A DNA stretch of 64,000 nucleotides, taken from NCBI GenBank assembly GCA_946965045.2, contig OX337236.1, positions 1 to 64,000 of the forward strand. Direction: 5' to 3'. This document shows, piece after piece, positions 56,813 through 64,000 of the stretch (positions are counted from its first letter, which is position 1; each line of letters begins with the position of its first letter). Origin of the DNA: Epithemia pelagica. Its lineage: Eukaryota > Protista > Bacillariophyta. Position numbers and translations under genes: made by a program. The notes under the pieces are model-generated. The model was not told the DNA's origin. It saw only the letters and a program-made list of their open reading frames with translations, and ran no database searches.

Positions 56813-59800
56813 CTATTTCTTCTTTTTGGATTTCCGATCGTCTTGAGCTTGTCTCAGTTTGGACCGTAGAGCGGAAGAGGCCGCAGCGTCCTTTTTGGGC
56901 TGCTTCGGAGCGGGCTTGGAAATGAGAATGCCATTCATGATCGTCTTGTAGCTTCCCTTGCCGTCAATTTGACGGCCGTGGGAGTTTTGAACCTTGTCAA
57001 TTTGCGCATCCAAAAAGGCCATATCATCCAAATCGTCCAAATCCTCCTCTGTTTGTGTCTTGCTTTTTGGCGCCGGCTTGGCCTTGGGTTTTCCACCCAG
57101 TCGATTTCCTTTGCGTTTTGGTTTGGAAGTGCTTGGTCGCACCTGTTGTGGCGTGGCTCGTTCGTTTGCGTGTTGTCGTTCCTCTCGTTGTGTCGCCAAT
57201 GGGTGGAGAGTGGCATTCATGGAAGGCGTCTCGGTGGTGTCATCCTTTGTAGATGGTAACACCGTTTCGTTCATGTTAAATGTGCCTTCCCCGTCATTAT
57301 CATCATCATTATCTTCCTGTTCGATTGACAACGCGGCAAAAGACAGTACAGTATTGGCAGACGCATCCACAGCCGATGCGGCTTCTGGGACTGGATCGTC
57401 TGCTGCCACGGTTGGAGTGATCGAGTCCACGGATTCGGAGGAAGCAGTCTGCTTGGCTGGCGGCGTGGCTTGTACTTTTTGTGGTACTTTGAGAGTAATG
57501 CGACGATCGACCTGGTCGACCCCACTGCTACTGTGCTCCAGACCCAATTCCTCTGCCGTTTCATGAATCATTCGACGATCACCACGAGATAGCTCGGTAG
57601 AAAAGACAAGTTCCTCCCCTGGTTTTCCATTGGTGGCAAAGTTCTTGACCCGTTTTACAAGGTGCTTTTGATTGTCCACAGTCAACGTTGATTGTTTTGG
57701 TACTGTCTTTGGTTCCTTTCTCTTTGTTGCTGGCCCGTCCATCATTTGGGAAAGCTCCACGGCTGCCGCAAGCAAGTCACTCGCGATTTGTCCATCGTTG
57801 TTGTTCATCCCTCCCAAGGTATCATTCATGAATTCAAGAGCAGTTCTAGACTCCCCATGTTCCTCCATCCACTCGAGCAAATTCTTGACAAAATCGCTTT
57901 GCGAGACGGTTTCCGAATCGGCAATGACACACACGTGTCGTTTCGCTCTGGTCACGGCCACATTCTATGTGGAATAGTATAGCACAGCAACATGAGCAAC
58001 AAGCATGGATGATGTGAGGTGCCTCTTGTCTATATATGGTCCCCATGATCCGGTAAAGAGTCAACCACACAGACAAACGTACCAGTCGCCGGTCATCGCG
58101 AAGAAACCCAATGCCGTCCATGCCGCCCCGAGGACTACTACGAACCAGAGAAAGGACCACGGCTTCTCGTTCCCCACCTTGAAAACCATCGACACTCCGT
58201 ATTTCCAGTTTCGGCAATTCCGCATGAAGATTGGATCGCAAGACTTCTACTTGTCCATTGTAGGGCGTAATGACGGCGATTTGTTCCATGGCCACTCCCA
58301 AGGAAACCAACCGTCGAACGTGCTGTCCCACCAGTTCCGCCTCCAGTTCATTAAAGCGAGATCCAGCGGCATTGACGGATTCATGCATCCCACATCCGGC
58401 CGTATCAATCAATAGAAGTGGATGAAATAGTCCATCATCGTCATCGTTCACACGAGGAGGATTCTCCTTGTCTTGGGAAACGAGTTGTTGCAGAGTTCGA
58501 TGCGCAACGCTTTCGTGTGGACGTAGCTGGCCATGATACAATGCCTGACTGGCCCAATCGGATATGGAATGGTGCATACGATATTGAACTTGCAACATGC
58601 GTGACACTCGTCCCTTTGGAACAACCTCGTCGTCCTTGGTATCACGGTCGTCCTCCTTATTGTCATCTCCATAGAGGTGTAAGACCCGTTCAAACATGGT
58701 TCGTCCCAATCCTTGCAAGACCGCTGGTTGATTGCATCGAATGGTGGGAGGCAATTGCTTGTGATCGCCTGCCAAAATGAGACGCTTGCCCCGTAATGCT
58801 GGAATCCAACAGGCCGCTTCCAATGCTTGTGCCGCTATTATAAAACAAGCGAGAGAGGAACGCGAGGAGAGAAAACAACAACAAAATGACACGCAAATAA
58901 CCCTTGAGTGTATCCGCCGCAACGCGCACATTCCACACCACAAAACGGTCTCAAATTCAAGACCCAACAACAAGACGAGACACACACACACATACCTTCA
59001 TCAATCACCACCAAATCAAATACACCATTCGTTGCACTCTCCTTTTCTTCCTGGTTGCCACTTCCAAGTTTGGACAAGACATGACTGGCGGCTCCGACAC
59101 ACGTGGCCAGTACCACTTGTGCTTGTTGGATCAATTCTCGGACGACTCGTTCTTCGCGTTGTCGAATTTCTCGTCGCAAGGCTCCAATTTCTCGATAGGC
59201 CACTCGCTTGTCGGATCCTTTACTGGATGGATTGGAGAGGACCTGGACAAAACTTTGGTATTCCTGTCGCACTTGATGGACAATTTCCGTCCCCTCCGCG
59301 GCATGTACCAAGGCTTCCAAGGAATAGGGGAGAATTTCCGGTTGCAAGCGTGCCGGATGACCCAGTCGGACGACTTTGATGGGAGAAGAACGACGAGCCG
59401 CTGGTTGTTGTTGGTGTCGTGGTTTGGACGACACAGTTTTAAGTGTTGGTGGTTGTTGTTCAACCTGGACCAGACGCGACAAGAGATTGTCCACGGCAAC
59501 ATTGCTGGGTGCTGCCACCAACACTTTTTGACCCTGAACATGGACTGCCTGACGAATGAGTTCGACCAAGGTTGTGGTTTTTCCTATAGAATAGTAACAG
59601 TAGAGGTATAGAGACAGAGAAATGGCAGGCACACCAAAACAAAACATAGTTGAGAGATTGACAGAAAACAGGAACAAAGCAAACAGGGCATGGAGGAAAT
59701 CTCTTGAGAGTACCGCTTTGTTCGTTGGCGTTCTCGATGCATTGTCCGTATTTCTATATAGTTCAAATGGTTTTGCTTACCTGTTCCAGGTGGACCATGA

Positions 59801-60732
59801 ATGCAACAGATGGGACGGTTGTCGGCCAAGGCGAATTGAATGGCCTTTTGTTGACTCTCATCCAAACCTGGATTAAACGGTTGCCAGGGAGAAGACGAAT
59901 GCTGCTGATGAGACGACTCGGCTACACACGGCTCTTGAATATCATTGTCACTGTTGGGAAACAAGGCACGGACGACGGGATGGTCCAAGCGTTGTTCCGC
60001 TTGCTCCAATTGCTGTAAGGCCTGTAGATACTTTTTGTGGACTTGAATGGAACGACTCGGAAGCAGCACGAGCGGTGGACCATCGGGTCTGAGGAGTTCA
60101 TGGTTATACTCGGACGTTTCCTCTGCTTGTGGTTGCGACTTTTTCTTGTTCTTCGTGTTGTGCTGTTTGGAGGAATGAACGGATGGGTCGACACCACTGC
60201 TTTTGTGGTGGGTGGTAGAGTGATTGCTGTTTCCAAACAAGGCAACCGATAGCAGCGAGTCTGTCACGAGACTCACCACACCCAACAGTGAGGAGCCGTG
60301 TGGCTGATGGTTTTTGGCGCGGAGTTCTACTTCGTCTCCTGTCGTAAAGCGATGGGCCGGTAACAGTGGCTGCTGCTGCGTTGGATTCTTTTTCTTGTTA
60401 TTCGAAGTGGACTTTGTTGTGCATCCCTCTGTTTCTGGTCCGGCTGTCGTGGTTGTCGTTTGCGTCGTTGTGGTCAGCGTCACAACGGTTCGTCCATACA
60501 ATCCCACAGAGAGTTCCGAAACTTGCAAATTGCTCAAGTAATTTTGTTGCTGTGGTTTCTGCGACGCTTGTCCCTGCTGGCGGTTCTTGTTTCGGTGGTG
60601 GCTTGGAGGACTGCTGCCATTCTCGTCGTCGTCGTCGTCGTCACCCTCCAGTTCGGCTTGCAACCACCTGCGTTGTTGGGCACAAAACTCTCGAATGCTT
60701 GTATAATGGCTACTAGTAGTAGTGTCTGTCAT
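56813..60732 (-). CDS. IGHMBP2: IGHMBP2/SMUBP-2-like SF1 (Upf1-like) helicase with R3H domain; multi-exon
   Basis: IHGPPGTG|KTTTLVELI, APSNVAVDNL, FDLVVIDE|AAQALEA, GDHKQLPP, QYRMH, ITPYNGQV, SVDGFQGGERE, NVAVTRAK, R3H (LSRGDRRMIHETAEELGLEHSS). GT-AG introns join the ORFs. Confidence 0.92.
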
Positions 60733-61016
60733 GCCAATGAATGTCGGGAAAGAGGCGTAGGAGTACCACAAGAGTCGCTCTCTCTCTGTGTTTGTTCTGA
60801 CAAAACCCACAACACCTTTTTTCTTGTGGCGTCCTCATCCGTGTCATGGTCGGATAGAGCTATGTATATATGGTTGAAAGAGGGGCGGGTAGGTATATGC
60901 GCGCGTGCCTAGCATTCGCGACCAACACTGGTTTTGTCATGCACGCGCGCGCTGGCTGCAGTCACGGTCGGTCACTTGGCGTCGTCATCAGAGCTCTATT
61001 TTACAACAGCGTGACC

Positions 61017-63342
61017 ATGACGGACTGGGCGGGTAAACTCAACGACATGGGTCTATCCGTGGACCAAGTGTCGTTGATGCCAGATGAAGAGCAAGACAAG
61101 GTCGTGTCGTGGCTGGGGATCGGAAATGACGCGTTACAGCTGACAGGGTTTTTTCGTTTCCTGGCTCGAAACCAAGTGTCTTTGATGCCAGTTGAGCAGC
61201 AAGACGATGTATTGTCGCGGCTTGAGATCAGAAACGACGCGTGACAGCAAGCAGAGTTTTATCGTTTGCTTGTTCGGCAGATGCCAGAGGAGGAGCAAGA
61301 CCAGGCGATGTCTCGTCTTGGGATCGGAAACGACGCTTTGCAGCTAGTAGGGTTGATTCGTTTGCTGGTTCGGCGCCAGGCTCTTCTTTGCGCTCCTTCT
61401 ACCATGCATTGCCAGAGTCAACCAACAAATGCCGATGCAGCATCCTTCGCTCAACAACCTCCTCAAAGAAGGATCAGACAGTGAATCAGAAATGTCGGAT
61501 ATAGATAGCGAGAAAGCCCGAGATTGTATGAAGTATTGCGAGCTGCAAAGTCCCGAGGCGTTGATGAACGCTAAAGAGGGAGACTTTACGTTGGTCTCTA
61601 AAAGCAGTTTTCGATATACCGAAGAATAATCCCAGGAGGAGGCAACGACAACCGAACTTGCAGCGTTCCAACTTGTGGAGCCCGATGCTTTGAAATTGGA
61701 GGAACGAGATCTTGATGCGTATTGCAAATTCATGTCGACGCTCATTCACAGGTTTCTGTCTGCCGGCAAAGAACCCGTGTTACATCCCGTCTCTTACCAA
61801 AGCGAAGCTGACATTCGTAACCTTGTTTCACTCGCTGTTCAAGACGCCATCGACCTACTAAAATTGGAAGGCTACTTTGAAGACGACAGCCTTGTCGTCC
61901 GATTTGAACGGAGCCTGTTTAGTTGTCGAGCCGACATGTTGGTGGTACGTGGCCGAGATGACGTTGGGTTGCTTGCAATCGTGGTCCAGGAACCACCAAA
62001 GCGACAGTTGAGGATTTGTGCGAATGTCGTAGGTCATGCGTTCCATCATGCAATGGCAAGGAAAGCATTCAACGTCGGAACGGATATGGTATTGGTGACT
62101 TCGTTTGAGGAGTCGTTTCTCGGTTCCTTACGGCCAGATGATTTAGCGCACCCTGATTCCAAGAGCTAACCAGACAAAAGTGACAAAACGAAACTGGAAA
62201 TCAAGGATAGTTCAGCGATTACCCAACGGAACAGAAAGCAAACAGGAGAACACCAGGAAATTGAGGGCGAATCCGAAACGGCACATCAAGACTCGAAAGT
62301 AGCCGCGGTCCTGTTGTCGCAGTCGCAATCTCCGCCCCACATGAAGAAATCTCAACCGCTCCGAGTCTCCAACTAGCCCTCGCATTCCGAGCAACTTGGA
62401 ATCTGCTTTCGAAACGTAGAGCTTTCGCTCAATCGAGTTATAACGTTCAACTCGATTGAGCCAAAGCTCTACGTTTCGCAACAAGATTACAAGGCTCACG
62501 AGCTTGTCAAGCTTGTGTATACAGCGTTGAAGATCTCCAAGCAGGCCTACCAAAAATTTGAACAGAAAACCTACAAACTCCATCTGGGCAAAAGGTACTA
62601 TTTCTCCAGAGCACTGTCTATCTGTGGCAGTGATGGTGAGGGGCTTTGGGGTCCACTGGAGGCGACCATTGGCAACCCTAGCCATGTTCCAGTGAAGAAT
62701 CCACCTCGAGACGGAGACGGGACTGCCATCTTATCCAACGACGGGGTGTATTTTGTGATTGGAATCCTCGGCCAAGGAAGCAAATCCAACACCTTTCAGG
62801 CGCTGGATCAGTTGGGAAAACTGGTTGCGATCAAAGTCATGAACGGCGAGGACGACGACGAAACCGAAACCGCCGCTCGTCAAGAGAAGGAAAATCTAGA
62901 GAAATGCTACGCCTTTTTGGAAGGACGAGTCCAACAAATCAAAATGTGTGGTTACCATGCCGTCGTCATGCCAATGTTTGATCCCATTCCCAACGACGAT
63001 CGATCGAAGCGATTGGAGGATGTTCGAACGGCTCTCACGAATATGAAGGACAGGATCGGCAAACTGTACCATACATGGGATGCTCGATGGTGCCATGTTG
63101 GAATTTTCAAAGAAAACGGGAAAGAACATTTGGTGTTGCTTGATCTCGCTGACTTGCAAGACTTGCATGAGTGCAGTGATACTGACGACTCCGATACCGA
63201 GACAAAAAGTGAGGGCTCAACGACCAAAGAGATGATGGACCATGTCCAGAAACTATACGATAGTTTCACTCGACGATGCTCGGAACACCGTCCCACAAAC
63301 ACACCAACATTTTTCAGCGAACCCATCCCGAAAGTCGGGTAG
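61017..63342 (+). pseudogene. Crinkler-like gene, copy B (inverted paralog of 43204-45581) with several stops and frameshifts
   Basis: Near-identical N-terminus MTDWAGKLNDMGLSVDQVSLM. TTA>TGA at 61242, a deletion/frameshift near 61465, CAA>TAA at 61627, a frameshift near 62167. Kinase-like part 62515-63342 is open. Confidence 0.8.
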
Positions 63343-63640
63343 TTATTCTACTCCGCCCATTGGAACATGTCGATCCGATGCTATTTGTCATGCATTTTAT
63401 GCGTGGCCAATCGTCCTAACGCTCTGTCTCTACGTATCTCCATCGAGAGAGGAGCATCGTTGCGTTTCTCAAGGATCGAATGCTATCTATACAAATCTGC
63501 TCTCTAAGCTATAGATGAATGTAGTCGAGACTCGAATCATATCCAATAGAACGATGGGAACGAGAGAATTGAGCAGATCTATAGGATACAAACTAGAATA
63601 CGATAGAGAGAGAGATGGATGGACACAAAGGCCAACAATT

Positions 63641-64000
63641 CTATTCCGTTCCTGCACAACACTCACAGGGTTCCCCATTTGTCGTTTCGTTGCTTTGCTT
63701 TCCGTCATGGTCCTGGGCCAACCGCAGTGTCTCTTCTTGTCGTTTTGTTTGTGGTTGTGCTGGTTGTTGCTGCATGACATGTCGAATCCAGGCCACGGTA
63801 AATTCCATGGATTGTCGTCCTTCGGGAATCCAGGCATTGAAAAACGAAAAGACATGACACATGTACTTCCAACATCCAACCGTGACGGGGACGCCTTGGT
63901 GGCGGGCCTTGTTGATCAAGGCGACCGTCATGTCAAAGACGGCTTCATGGGCCGATGTCACGACACAAAGGGGTGGCAATCCCTCCATACTGCGATGGAC
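63641..64000 (-). CDS. 3' end of an unidentified gene running off the window
   Basis: The frame is open from the window edge to the stop at 63641 with protein-like composition. No family recognised. Confidence 0.4.
   Translation of the reverse strand, partial: VHRSMEGLPPLCVVTSAHEAVFDMTVALINKARHQGVPVTVGCWKYMCHVFSFFNAWIPEGRQSMEFTVAWIRHVMQQQPAQPQTKRQEETLRLAQDHDGKQSNETTNGEPCECCAGTE

Noticed and set aside
1-64000. tRNA, rRNA, prophage or bacterial contamination
   Set aside because: No cloverleaf or rRNA signature recognised. Telomere, spliceosomal introns and eukaryote-specific genes are present throughout.

Overview
The left end of a eukaryotic chromosome, most likely from a pennate diatom. That assignment is inferred from short GT-AG introns, ASAFAP-type plastid presequences, a CoDi-like copia element and poly-Q/T/N tracts. 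The window has two zones. (1) Subtelomere, about 1-16.5 kb: a (CCCTAA)n telomere (1-526); about 19.3 copies of a 178-bp satellite (526-3958); an intact ~1400-aa gene transcribed toward the telomere; a 5'-truncated, nonsense-disrupted Ty1/copia retrotransposon with its 3' LTR; a relic of a second zinc-finger gene resembling the N-terminus of the large gene; and clusters of direct and inverted repeats. The large gene encodes Zn fingers, a tyrosine-recombinase-like catalytic domain (R...K...R...H-x8-Y), a RecQ-like SF2 helicase and a Cys cluster. (2) Gene-dense core, 17.3-64 kb: USP deubiquitinase, SLY1, p24/TMED, a 6-TM ion channel with a non-canonical TGQGG filter and an EF-hand, KLHDC4, GILT, UPF2, a MITE, AspRS with a plastid-like presequence, a JmjC protein, two inverted pseudogenised copies of a REase-like/kinase-like (Crinkler-like) gene, DDX42, an LRR receptor-like protein, HSF, plastid pyruvate kinase and IGHMBP2. 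The strongest candidate for an undescribed system is the telomere-linked tyrosine recombinase-RecQ helicase fusion with its satellite and repeat context, possibly a self-propagating chromosome-end element. All calls are from reading motifs by eye; no database searches were run.
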